Below are positions 10,395-19,812 of a stretch of DNA of 64,000 bases, one piece after another. The translations under genes and the position numbers were made by a program. Within the stretch, counting starts at the first letter, position 1, and every line of letters begins with the position of its first letter. Source of the DNA: Bdellovibrionales bacterium. Lineage in GTDB: Bacteria > Bdellovibrionota > Bdellovibrionia > Bdellovibrionales > JAUICD01. A model generated the notes under the pieces. It was not told the origin of the DNA and did no database searches. It saw nothing but the letters and a program-made list of their open reading frames with translations. The stretch covers positions 128,001 through 192,000 of the forward strand of contig OZ241865.1 of NCBI GenBank assembly GCA_965203275.1. The letters run 5' to 3'.

Positions 10395-11300
10395 CTATTT
10401 TTTCTTATCTCTTAAAAATAACTTTAAAAAAGCTTCTTCTAAGCTGACTTTTTTAGGTGTGACATATAAGATGTCTGCTTTTGCTTTAAGCTGTGTTTGG
10501 AGCAAATGATGTAAATCTTTTTGAGACTTAACTGCGAGGGTTTCAATCTTACTGTCTTTATTAGCAGGCTTAACTTGCACTTCATAACCAGAACCTAGAT
10601 TTTTCAAAAGGTTTTCCATAGAGCCTTGGTAGGCAACAAGTCCTTTATTGAGGATGACAAGGTTTTCACATAAATTTTCTACATCATGTAGAAGGTGGCT
10701 ACTAAAAAATACAGTTTTATTCTTAGCAGCTGACTTGATCAGGTTACGAATCATAGCTCGCCCATCGGGGTCTAAACCTGCCATAGGTTCGTCTAATACA
10801 ATTAATTGTGGTTGATGTAAAATGGCTTGTGCAAAACCTATACGTTGCAACATTCCTTTAGAATAAGACCTAAGGGAAATATTTTGAGCGTGTTCTAAAT
10901 TGACTTGTTTAAGGATGTGGTCAATAGCTTGATTGAGGTGACCTAATTTGTTATTCCAGCTAAGTTTACCATAGAATTTTAAGAACTCTCGACCTGTAAG
11001 GTATTCATAAAAGTAGGGTCTTTCTGGCAAAAAGCCAATTTTTTTTCTATTTTCAATAGTTAGGGGGCCTTGTCCAAAAAAAGAGTAAGAACCAGAAGTG
11101 GGTTGAATAAGGTCAAATAAACATTTAAGGGTTGTGGTTTTCCCTACTCCATTAGCACCTAAAAATCCTGTAACTTTCCCCTTTTCTACATGAAAGTTAA
11201 GCCCCTTTAAAACTTCTATTTTCTTTTCTCGTAAAGCACGAGGTAAGAAGTAAGGGAGTGGAAATGACTTTTTTAAATTAGTGACTGATATAATCTTCAC
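10395..11300 (-). CDS. ABC transporter ATP-binding protein (PilH-like)
   Basis: Walker A GANGVGKTT, signature YSKGM, 'LDEPMAGLDP'. Confidence 0.9.
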   Translation of the reverse strand: MKIISVTNLKKSFPLPYFLPRALREKKIEVLKGLNFHVEKGKVTGFLGANGVGKTTTLKCLFDLIQPTSGSYSFFGQGPLTIENRKKIGFLPERPYFYEYLTGREFLKFYGKLSWNNKLGHLNQAIDHILKQVNLEHAQNISLRSYSKGMLQRIGFAQAILHQPQLIVLDEPMAGLDPDGRAMIRNLIKSAAKNKTVFFSSHLLHDVENLCENLVILNKGLVAYQGSMENLLKNLGSGYEVQVKPANKDSKIETLAVKSQKDLHHLLQTQLKAKADILYVTPKKVSLEEAFLKLFLRDKKK

Positions 11301-11463
11301 AAATCCTCCAAAATCTTTTATTTCCGTATTTTAATTTTAAACCTTCTATTAATTATTTTAAAAACAAATAATAAAAAAATGCAAATATTTTTTTAGATAT
11401 TGTGACAAATTATTGAAGTTTTTATATTTTAGCATTTTACGTGATTTTTCTTAAGGTGGTGTG

Positions 11464-12590
11464 CATCCGGGATCTGGGATTTGGGATCTGGGATCCGGCA
11501 TCTGGTCAGAAGGAACTTCCCTAACCCCACCCCCCGCCCTTCGATTCTGCTTTTATATTTGTATGTTTTTTATGAGTGGAATGCGAAGGCAGGCTTCCGA
11601 AGTCCTCATTTTTTTTCACTCAAAATAAATCATACCTCTGGCATGTTTTCTGGCAGTTAGCCCGACGGCTACCGCCGTCGATCAAAGGCTAACTGCCTAG
11701 AAAATCCATTTATTTTGAGTAGAGGAGGATCCTTTTATTCCTCTACACCATGTTAGGGAAACAAGATATGCTTCTAAAACTTTTAGTGAGCCAACACTTC
11801 CAGTCTCCCACTGCCCCATCCTCCACCTAATTATTTTTTGTTTGAGAGTTACGCAGAATCTAAAAGAAAATAAAAAAAACAAAAAAGGAACATCTTGTTT
11901 CCTTAAAATTTCACTCAAAATAAATCATGCCTCTGGCATGTTTTCTGGCAGTTAGCCCGACGGCTACCGCCGTCGATCAAAGGCTAACTACCTAGAAAAT
12001 TCATTTATTTTGAGTAGGGCGGATCTCCTTGCTTCTGACACCATGTTAAGGAAACAAGATATGCTTCTAAAATGTCTTTGGAAAGCAAGCGGATTGCGAT
12101 AAAGGAAATTTTTCCTTAACATCATGTTAAGAAACGAAGAGATCCTTTCTACTAAAAATAAACGGATTTTTGAGGCATTGCTCTTTTAATATAATTTTGA
12201 AAGCATTTTGTTTCCTTAACATGATGTTAAAAGAGGAAAGGATCCTCCTACTAAAAGTGGTCAGGCTTTCTAGGCGATGACCATTTTGCCAATGGGAAAT
12301 AAACATCTTGTTTCCTTAACATCGTGTAAAGAGACAAGAGGATTCTTCCTACTAAAAATAAACGGATTTTTGAGGCAATCAGCCTTTGATCGACGGCGAC
12401 AGCCGTCGGGCTGATTGCCCAAAAACAGCCAGAGGCTGGTTTATTTTTAGTGAGACAAACGCGGTCATTGTCCAAAAGTAGCCAGAGGCTAGTTTACTTT
12501 TAGTGAACCAGAGGTGTGGCTCATTTTGAGTGAAACAGAGGTCAGTTCACTTTGAGTGAACCAGAGGTCAGTTCACTTTGAGTGAAAACG
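11464..12590. repeat. Cluster of structured palindromic repeat elements (both orientations), heptamer repeats and tandem 3' tails
   Basis: Full units at about 11616-11760 (-), 11911-12054 (-) and 12311-12455 (+). Partial units at 12111-12300. CAGAGG...GTGAA tails at 12482-12590. Confidence 0.9.
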
Positions 12591-13362
12591 ATTGGCGAAT
12601 TTTTTTGATTTCTGCTTCTGATAGGCCAGTGATTTCACAGATATCTTGTAATTTTGCATTTCTCTCAATTAGTTTAAGTGCAATCTCTTTTTGTTTCTTC
12701 TCAATACCTTTCTTAAAACCCTTCTCAATACCTTCTTCACGACCCTTCTCAATACCTTCTTCACGACCCTTCTCAATACCCTTCTCAATACCTTTCTCAA
12801 TACCTTTCTCAATACCTTTCTCAAGACCCTTCTTAAAACCCTTCTCAAGACCTTCCTCACGCCCCTCGTCACGAACAAATTCTTCTCTGTCTACTTGATC
12901 CCTCCTTGCTCTCTCTTTCACCATATCAAGCTCTTGTAATGTCTCATCTTTTGATAATACCCATAAATGCTCAGCTGCTTCTGCCATGATTCCTCCTTTA
13001 TCTTTGAAATATAAATATTCCTTTTGGTCCATCTGACCTGACCTCTTTAAAAAATAACACCAATTCTCTTTTATGTCAATTAATTCTCCTAATTGGGACT
13101 GAAATTTATCTAATTCTACTATCACAAAACTCATACCCCGCGACATCACTACTTCTGGATGCCCTATCCGACGAATATTGCAAACATGGTAATAGTCCTT
13201 TATTCCTTCAAATTCTTTTAAATTTACAGTTGTGAAAACCAATGAATACACGGGAAGTAACTTATCAATATTCTCCCCTTTCCTAATTTGACCTGAATAG
13301 AGCCGAGATAGATACATCAGTAACCTATCCGTAAAATGCTTTTGAGCTGTCGTTTGTTTCAC
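12568..13362 (-). pseudogene. Rpn family / PD-(D/E)XK nuclease family transposase, N-terminally truncated
   Basis: 'QTTAQKHFTDRLLMYLSRLY..Q', 'VELDKF', GIEK repeats and 'ICEITGLSEAEI' tail. Begins right after the catalytic ExQ motif, at a repeat junction. Confidence 0.85.
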
Positions 13363-14095
13363 TCAAAATGAACTGGCCTCTGGCCACTTTTGGGTAGCCA
13401 GCCCGACGGCTACCGCCGTCGTAAAAGGCTGGCTACCTCAAAAGCTTGTTCATTTTGAGTAGAGGAGGATCCTTTTATTCCTCTACACCATGTTAGGGAA
13501 AATTTCTTTTATTACCTCAAGAGCAAGCGAGTTACAATAAAGGAACTTTTTCCTTAACATCATGTCAAAAAACGAAGATATCCTTCCCTACTAAAAGTGG
13601 TCAGGCTTTCTAGGTTGCCAGCATTTGAGAAGGCGAAAGCCTTCGGCTGGCAACCAGAAAGTGACCAGAGGTCAGACCACTTTTAGTGAAAAAAACTATG
13701 TAAAGTTTACAAAGTACCCTATAACCTTTACAATGTGGGTTGTTTTCGTTTGCAATCTGTTGCAATCTATGCATAATAAGGCAAGAAAGGATTCATTCCG
13801 GGATCCGGGATCCGGCAATCGGGCAAGCCGGCATCAGAAGGAAATCTTTTTCCTTAACATAGTGTTCATTCCGGGATCCGGGATCTGGCAATCCGGGAGC
13901 CGGCATCAGAAGGAAATCTTTTTCCTTAACATGGTGTTAAGAAATGAGGACATCCTCCTTCCTAAAATTGAACAGGCTTTTGAGGCAGTTAGCCTTTGAT
14001 CGACGGCGGTAGCCGTCGGGCTAACTGCCCAAAAGTAGCCAGAGGCTAGTTCAATTTTAGGGAAACAGAGGCTGGTTTATTTTTAGTGAAACAAA
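13357..14095. repeat. Cluster of structured palindromic repeat elements
   Basis: Full units at about 13359-13500 (-), 13550-13691 (+) and 13921-14065 (+). GGATCCG heptamers at 13796-13908. Confidence 0.9.
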
Positions 14096-14242
14096 CTATG
14101 TAAAATTTACAAAGTACTATATAACCTTTACAATGTGGATTGTTTTCGTTTGCAATCGTTTGTAATCTGTGCATAATAAGGCAAAAGGTATTACATTGAA
14201 GATTTTTTAATGATTAAAAGACTTAAAGAAAGGAGAAAAATT

Positions 14243-15160
14243 ATGAAACCATTAAGCATTATAATAATAACTATAATAACTTTATTTTTCAGTTCAACGG
14301 CTGTTTTAGCTCAAACAACTAACCTTTGTGATTCTGATTGGTATAGTTCTGCCAGTAGCAACGATGTATCAAATGCTATCAGAAGTGGCTCTAACGTCAA
14401 TCAATCTTGCTCAAGTGGGTCGTCGCCTCTACTACTTGCCTTAGATTATGGCAGAGCCGATGTGGTCCTGGCGTTGATACGGGCAGGTGCTAATTTAGAT
14501 CATCAAGACCCTTACACTCAAAAAACACCCAATCAAGTGATCACCGACCAATGTGATAGGGGCCGGATCGATCGTAGTGTGTGCAATGAAGTTAGACGTG
14601 GATTTGAGGCAAGAGCCGAAGCTCATAATAACCTGTGTAACCCGCGTTGGTGGCAGTCGTTCTATCGGCAGAGTCAAGCTCAAGCCACAAGTCGTATGCA
14701 AGCTGTGATGCGTACACCAGGTTTAGATGTTAATTATGATTGTGGTAGAGGTGATCGCCCTTTACATATTGCCCTACAAGATTCCCTAACTCCACTAACA
14801 ATAGGAGCTGCCTGGGCTATAGGAACTTTTATGCAGGAAGCTAACAATTTAGATCATTTTGTAAGGAATGGATCTGGCAGATCCATTATGGAGCTTGCAG
14901 AAGTTAGATATGACCATCAAATCAGAGGTAATTATGTTAATCTTTTAAAGAAATTTTGTAACAATCAAATAACAGAACAAGAATATAATCAACAAGCTAA
15001 TCAAATTTATGACCAAGAAGTAAGCGTATATATATATATAAAAGGATATGGAAGTGATCAAGCGTATCAAGAAGCTAGAGCTAATTTTAATCAAGAAATT
15101 TTTGGTACAACTCAAACTGGTGGAAAAAACAGAGAGCAACTCTGTTTAAAATATAGGTAA
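14243..15160 (+). CDS. Secreted ankyrin-repeat protein
   Basis: Signal peptide (AVLA/Q), ankyrin motifs 'SPLLLALDYGRADVVLALIRAGAN' and 'RPLHIAL'. SD AGGAG before the ATG at 14243. Confidence 0.8.
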   Translation: MKPLSIIIITIITLFFSSTAVLAQTTNLCDSDWYSSASSNDVSNAIRSGSNVNQSCSSGSSPLLLALDYGRADVVLALIRAGANLDHQDPYTQKTPNQVITDQCDRGRIDRSVCNEVRRGFEARAEAHNNLCNPRWWQSFYRQSQAQATSRMQAVMRTPGLDVNYDCGRGDRPLHIALQDSLTPLTIGAAWAIGTFMQEANNLDHFVRNGSGRSIMELAEVRYDHQIRGNYVNLLKKFCNNQITEQEYNQQANQIYDQEVSVYIYIKGYGSDQAYQEARANFNQEIFGTTQTGGKNREQLCLKYR

Positions 15161-15251
15161 AATAATTTTATAGTTGAGCATATTAATTATCTAAAATATT
15201 GACAGTTTGATAAAAAGTAGACACTGAAAAGCAAATAAATGCCTTAAAACT

Positions 15252-15267
15252 TGGCATCCCCCTTGCA
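15252..15267 (+). promoter_or_regulatory. Sigma-54 (-24/-12) promoter
   Basis: TGGCATCCCCCTTGCA matches GG-N10-GC, 60 nt before the 15327 gene. Confidence 0.7.
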
Positions 15268-15326
15268 GGTTTTAAAGTAGGTGAGGTTTTATTTCATGTA
15301 CTTTCAAATCAAAGGGGGATTGATTT

Positions 15327-16997
15327 GTGATCAATAAAAAGTATTTCTTAAGAACTCTATTTTGTCATACTAGTTTAATTATTTATATTGGCCTTATATT
15401 TGTCTTTATTCCTACTTTAAGCTTAGCACAAGGAGCAGAAACTCAATCTGTAAGTAGACCATTTGGCAATTTAGGTGATATGTCCTTTGAAGATAGACCT
15501 ATAATCCCTTATGATCAACAAGGCCGTGTGACAACTCCCACTATAAGCCCTCGGCATACTGAAGCAATAGAACATGCAAGAAACAACCCCGCAACGGATA
15601 CTGCAACAAAAAGTGGTAATAGATTTGGTATATATTCAATGGCTTGCACCACTATTCAAAGCACAGTCCTAAATTTAGCATGCAATCAGAAGGCTTATAA
15701 AGATGCTACCAAACCCGTTACAGATCGCTTTGAACAGATGATGGCCAATAATAGCAATGGCAGTCAGAAGGACCAATGTCAATTGACACAACAGATGAAT
15801 GAAGTAACTAAAAAAATCAATCAATCCATCACAGGCAAATGCCATACGGCCATTCTCTCATGCAAAGCTACTTGTGGTATGGCCCTTAAAAATGCAAAAG
15901 TAGCCCACGCTGCTGCTATTGAACCTACGGCCAAAGCTATGTTCTGGGCAGAGATGACCGCTATTAGCAAGAGTATGGCAAGCTGTGCTAGCAAATGGGC
16001 CAGTGTTAAGAAAACCAGCGATCTTCAGATAGCTCGTAATACAGATGCCATTAAGCAAGCTAAAGACTGCGTAGATGGTTTGGGTGGATCCGGTGAGTTG
16101 AGCGATTCTTCTAATTGCGATCAACTTCCGCTAGCTAAAAAAAACCTCTGTCAACAACTAGGTGAGGTGGCCTTTTGCAAACAACATCCAAAGATAGATT
16201 TTTGCCATAGTGTAGATAGCCTCTTTGCCGGCAAGACAGATACCCCCGGTCCTGGTCATACGAATGCCAATGCCATCGACTCAAATCCCCTAAAACAAAG
16301 GCTTCCCAGGGGGGGGGGGGACAAACGTCCAGGAGATCAATCGCAACAAGACTTAGCCACGTCTGAGATATGTCAACAAGATCCAGATAGTCCGGAGTGT
16401 AAGAGAGATGAGTGTAATTCTTTACCAACTTCAGATACTCGTAGTTTATGCCATGCAGAGGGTATAGAAGAGACTTGCAAATATGTCCCTCAATTACCTC
16501 GATGTAAAAAAAGAGCAACCGATTTAGCTAAGAATAAGGTCGACCCTTTAAGTGGTCATACAAGTTTAGGGTTAAAAGGTGGTTTTGCTGGTGGTGGAAG
16601 TGCTGGTAGTTCTGCTGGTGGAGGTTCTGGCAGTGGAGGAGGCTCTGGCAGTGGTGGCTTAGGTGGCAGTGACTTTGCAAGTGGAGATGGTGCAGAAGGA
16701 TTAAAGCCACTGGCAGGATCATCTGTGATAAAGGTGGATAAGGATGGGAATGTCCATGCTCTTGTGAATGGTCGATATACAAATTTAGGTAGTGGCAGGC
16801 GAGCAAGGAATCTCCACAAAAAAATATCAGGTTTAAGTTATAGTGATTATCTATTGAGGAAGCCTCAAAAGCGAGGACCTGCAAGTATCCAACAAGCTAA
16901 AAGCGAAGATGTAACACCTGCAAATGGTTTAACCAACTTCCAAAAAGTCTCCCGCACCATAAAGCTGTTGTTTCCTACATTGGTTTACTCAAAGTAA
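15327..16997 (+). CDS. Secreted Cys-rich protein with Gly/Ser-rich linker (Bdellovibrio-type)
   Basis: Signal-like N-terminus, many Cys, GGGSG linker and RGPAS motif near the C-terminus. Confidence 0.8.
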   Translation: MINKKYFLRTLFCHTSLIIYIGLIFVFIPTLSLAQGAETQSVSRPFGNLGDMSFEDRPIIPYDQQGRVTTPTISPRHTEAIEHARNNPATDTATKSGNRFGIYSMACTTIQSTVLNLACNQKAYKDATKPVTDRFEQMMANNSNGSQKDQCQLTQQMNEVTKKINQSITGKCHTAILSCKATCGMALKNAKVAHAAAIEPTAKAMFWAEMTAISKSMASCASKWASVKKTSDLQIARNTDAIKQAKDCVDGLGGSGELSDSSNCDQLPLAKKNLCQQLGEVAFCKQHPKIDFCHSVDSLFAGKTDTPGPGHTNANAIDSNPLKQRLPRGGGDKRPGDQSQQDLATSEICQQDPDSPECKRDECNSLPTSDTRSLCHAEGIEETCKYVPQLPRCKKRATDLAKNKVDPLSGHTSLGLKGGFAGGGSAGSSAGGGSGSGGGSGSGGLGGSDFASGDGAEGLKPLAGSSVIKVDKDGNVHALVNGRYTNLGSGRRARNLHKKISGLSYSDYLLRKPQKRGPASIQQAKSEDVTPANGLTNFQKVSRTIKLLFPTLVYSK

Positions 16998-17973
16998 TCC
17001 GGATTCGGCATCCGGGATCCGGGATCTGGGATCCGGCAGAACTTTTTCCTTAACATCGTATTAAAAAATGAGGACATTCTCCCTACTAAAAGTAAACGGA
17101 CTTTTGAGGCATTGCTCTTTTTAGACAGCGTGAGCTGTCAGAGCAATGTCCAAAAACACACCAGAGGTTGGTTTACTTTTAGTGAACCAACTCCTTAACA
17201 TGGTGTTAAATGAGAAATGGATCCTCATTACTAAAAGTGGTCAGGCTTTCTAGGTTGCCAGCATTTGAGAAGGCGGTAGCCTTCGGCTGGCAACCAGAAA
17301 GTGACCAGAGGTCAGACCACTTTTAGTGAAACAAACTCCTGTAGCCTGCCTTCGCATCCCACTCATAATATTTATATTTAATATTTATATTTTTTGAAAA
17401 TTACGCAGAATCTAAAAAAGAATAAAAAAAATAAAAAAACGAAACTCTTTTTCCCTAACATCGTGTTAAAAAACGAAGAGATCCTCTCTACTAAAAGTGG
17501 TAAAGCTTTCTAGGTTGCCATTGGTGATGAAGGAATTTTTTCCTTAACATCATGTTAAAAGACGAAGAGATCCTTCCCTACTAAAAGTAAACGGACTTTT
17601 GAGACAATGACCATTTTGCCAATGGCGAAATATCAAAGTGAAATAAACATCTTGTTTCCTTAACATTGTGTTAAGAAATGAGGAGATCCTTCCCTACTAA
17701 AAGTAAACGGACTTTTGAGACAATGACCATTTTGCCAATGGCGAAATATCAAAGTGAAATAAACATCTTGTTTCCTTAACATTGTGTTAAGAAATGAGGA
17801 GATCCTTCCCTACTAAAAGTAAACGGACTTTTGAGACAATGACCATTTTGCCAATGGCGAAAGCCATTGCGGTCATTGTCCAAAAGTAGCCAGAGGCTAG
17901 TTTACTTTTAGTGAACCAGAGGTGTGGCTCATTTTGAGTGAAACAGAGGTCAGACCACTTTTAGTGAAACAAC
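16998..17973 (+). repeat. Cluster of structured palindromic repeat elements incl. 117-nt tandem duplication
   Basis: Heptamers at 16998-17037. Full units at about 17045-17187, 17193-17331 and 17771-17915. Duplicated truncated units at 17540-17870. Tails run to 17973. Confidence 0.9.
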
Positions 17974-18819
17974 TCACTTTTGACTAATATGTCTTAAAGC
18001 TTCTGTTAATGAGGTTTTTTTATTTGTTTTTTCTGATCTCTGGCCAATAATTAAAGCACAAGGAATGTGATAAATCCCTCCAGGGAATTTTTTAGGCCGG
18101 ACTCCAGGTATGACAATAGCATTCTGGGGGACTCGTCCTTTAAAAACTTGAGGCTCTGAAGTAGTTACATCTATAATAGGAGTGCTTGCCGTGATCACAA
18201 CACCCGCACCTAAAACAGCACCCTCCTCCACAAGAACACCTTCTACAATCACACACCGACTGCCTACAAAGACTTGATCCTCTATGATCACAGGTTTTGC
18301 TTGTAAAGGTTCTAATACACCTCCAATACCAACACCACCAGATAAATGGACATTTTTACCAATATAAGCACAACTGCCTACAGTCGCCCATGTATCTACC
18401 ATGGTTGATGAGCCTACAAAAGCTCCTATATTTACAAAACTAGGCATTAACACCACAGAAGGTGCAATATAAGAACCCTTACGAATTGTAGCAGGAGGAA
18501 CGACTCGAATGCCATTTTCTGGTTGTTGATCACTCCAATCCTGCAAGAAGACTTTATCACGATAGGTTAAATCAGAGCCTTTACAGAAAGTCTTTATAGG
18601 AGATATTTGCAAATAAAGCAAAATAGCCTTTTTGAGCCATTGATGAACAATCCACTGGCCTGAAATTTTCTGACAGACTCTCCAGTGTCCTGATTCTAAA
18701 CCATCAAAAACATCCTTTATTACAGATACAAGATCACAATGGTGTTCTTTACAGAAAGCTTTATCATCAAATGCTCGCTCTATAAGCTCTTTTATTTCTT
18801 TCTCATTATTGCTGACCAT
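17974..18819 (-). CDS. dapD: Tetrahydrodipicolinate N-succinyltransferase
   Basis: 'WIVHQWLKKAILL', 'MVDTWATVGSCA', 'HLSGGVGIGGVLEPLQA'. Confidence 0.95.
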   Translation of the reverse strand: MVSNNEKEIKELIERAFDDKAFCKEHHCDLVSVIKDVFDGLESGHWRVCQKISGQWIVHQWLKKAILLYLQISPIKTFCKGSDLTYRDKVFLQDWSDQQPENGIRVVPPATIRKGSYIAPSVVLMPSFVNIGAFVGSSTMVDTWATVGSCAYIGKNVHLSGGVGIGGVLEPLQAKPVIIEDQVFVGSRCVIVEGVLVEEGAVLGAGVVITASTPIIDVTTSEPQVFKGRVPQNAIVIPGVRPKKFPGGIYHIPCALIIGQRSEKTNKKTSLTEALRHISQK

Positions 18820-19228
18820 ACACAATACTCCTTTTTGTGTTTTCATCACCTGTTAAACAGATGCATTTTTGAAACTCATTGTCTGTCTGCTTGTATGTCA
18901 GACTTTTGTTATATTGTATACAATATATAATTAAAATTTTGTTTATTTTTTAAACACCTATTTTTAGAACATTTCTTAAATTTTAGCAAAGTTTTTATTT
19001 TCACACCGATATATTATGACATTATGCCTAAAAAATTTTTAGACAAAATACCAAAAATAAAGTGTGTTTGATAGTAAGTGTTTTAACTTGAAACACTTAT
19101 ACCCAAAAGTCACTCAAAAGTGTTTAAAAATTAGACTTTTCATACTTAAAATTCAAAAAATAAATACATTATTTTGAAAAAAATATTTAAGTTATATGCG
19201 AAGGAAAACGATATATTTTATAGAATGA

Positions 19229-19747
19229 ATGTTGGAGGTTGCATTGAATATTTCACATTTACATCAAGAAAAACTTATTGAAAAAATCACTCATTTTGTA
19301 AAGAAGTCTTCTGGTTTAACCACAAATGCATCTAATGAATTTTCTATACAAATTCAACAGCTTGCAGATGGTAAATCATTGCCTATTCATATTTATAATT
19401 TACATAATGTTATTTTAAGAAAAGACTCTCAAAACAGAAATTTCATACAGGTTGACTTTGTCAATGGGTATAAAATTTTAATCACGCAACTATTGATTGG
19501 CTTTAAGCCTTATCCTATTGACAATTTAGATATGAAAGAAGTCCCTAATGTTGTCACTACCCCTGACTTACATAAAGTTTTTCAAACATTAGAAGAAGCT
19601 ATAGCATTGGATGAAAACCATATCGAAGTTGAAATTTTAAATAAAATTTTTAGGTCTATACTTAAAGGTGGTCAAAATGTTGGATTTGACCTCAAGAATG
19701 AAAGAGCTTGGTTTCATCGACTGTCTTATTTTACTGCCACTGCTTAG
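19229..19747 (+). CDS. Conserved hypothetical protein
   Basis: Intact 172-aa ORF with conserved-looking motifs ('LIGFKP', 'VVTTPDL', 'GGQNVGFDL'). Confidence 0.7.
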   Translation: MLEVALNISHLHQEKLIEKITHFVKKSSGLTTNASNEFSIQIQQLADGKSLPIHIYNLHNVILRKDSQNRNFIQVDFVNGYKILITQLLIGFKPYPIDNLDMKEVPNVVTTPDLHKVFQTLEEAIALDENHIEVEILNKIFRSILKGGQNVGFDLKNERAWFHRLSYFTATA

Positions 19748-19812
19748 AATCACTAATGGTTTTATTAAAATAAAAGATTGATTACATTACATTAAAGAAG
19801 ACTGTCATAAGA

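Noticed and set aside
12482..12590. CRISPR-like repeat-spacer array in the tails
   Set aside because: The variable parts are stem arms of the same repeat family, not foreign spacers, and the constant parts are too short.
12578..12939. Repetitive ORFs overlapping Rpn (PFSI, VLRR and NTF repeats)
   Set aside because: Alternative-frame shadows of the 12-nt GIEK repeat.
11697..13999. Short ORFs in the repeat clusters (11697, 12251, 13625; also 25871, 30353, 31201-31559)
   Set aside because: They are translations of repeat DNA with no SD or protein features.
11616..14065. Structured repeats as hammerhead ribozymes, integron attC sites or tRNAs
   Set aside because: No CUGANGA core, no RYYYAAC/GTTRRRY pair bounding the long stem, no intI gene, and no cloverleaf or T-loop.
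15858..16884. Antisense ORFs within the Cys-rich gene and similar shadow ORFs inside housekeeping genes
   Set aside because: They lie fully within well-supported CDSs and have no recognisable motifs.
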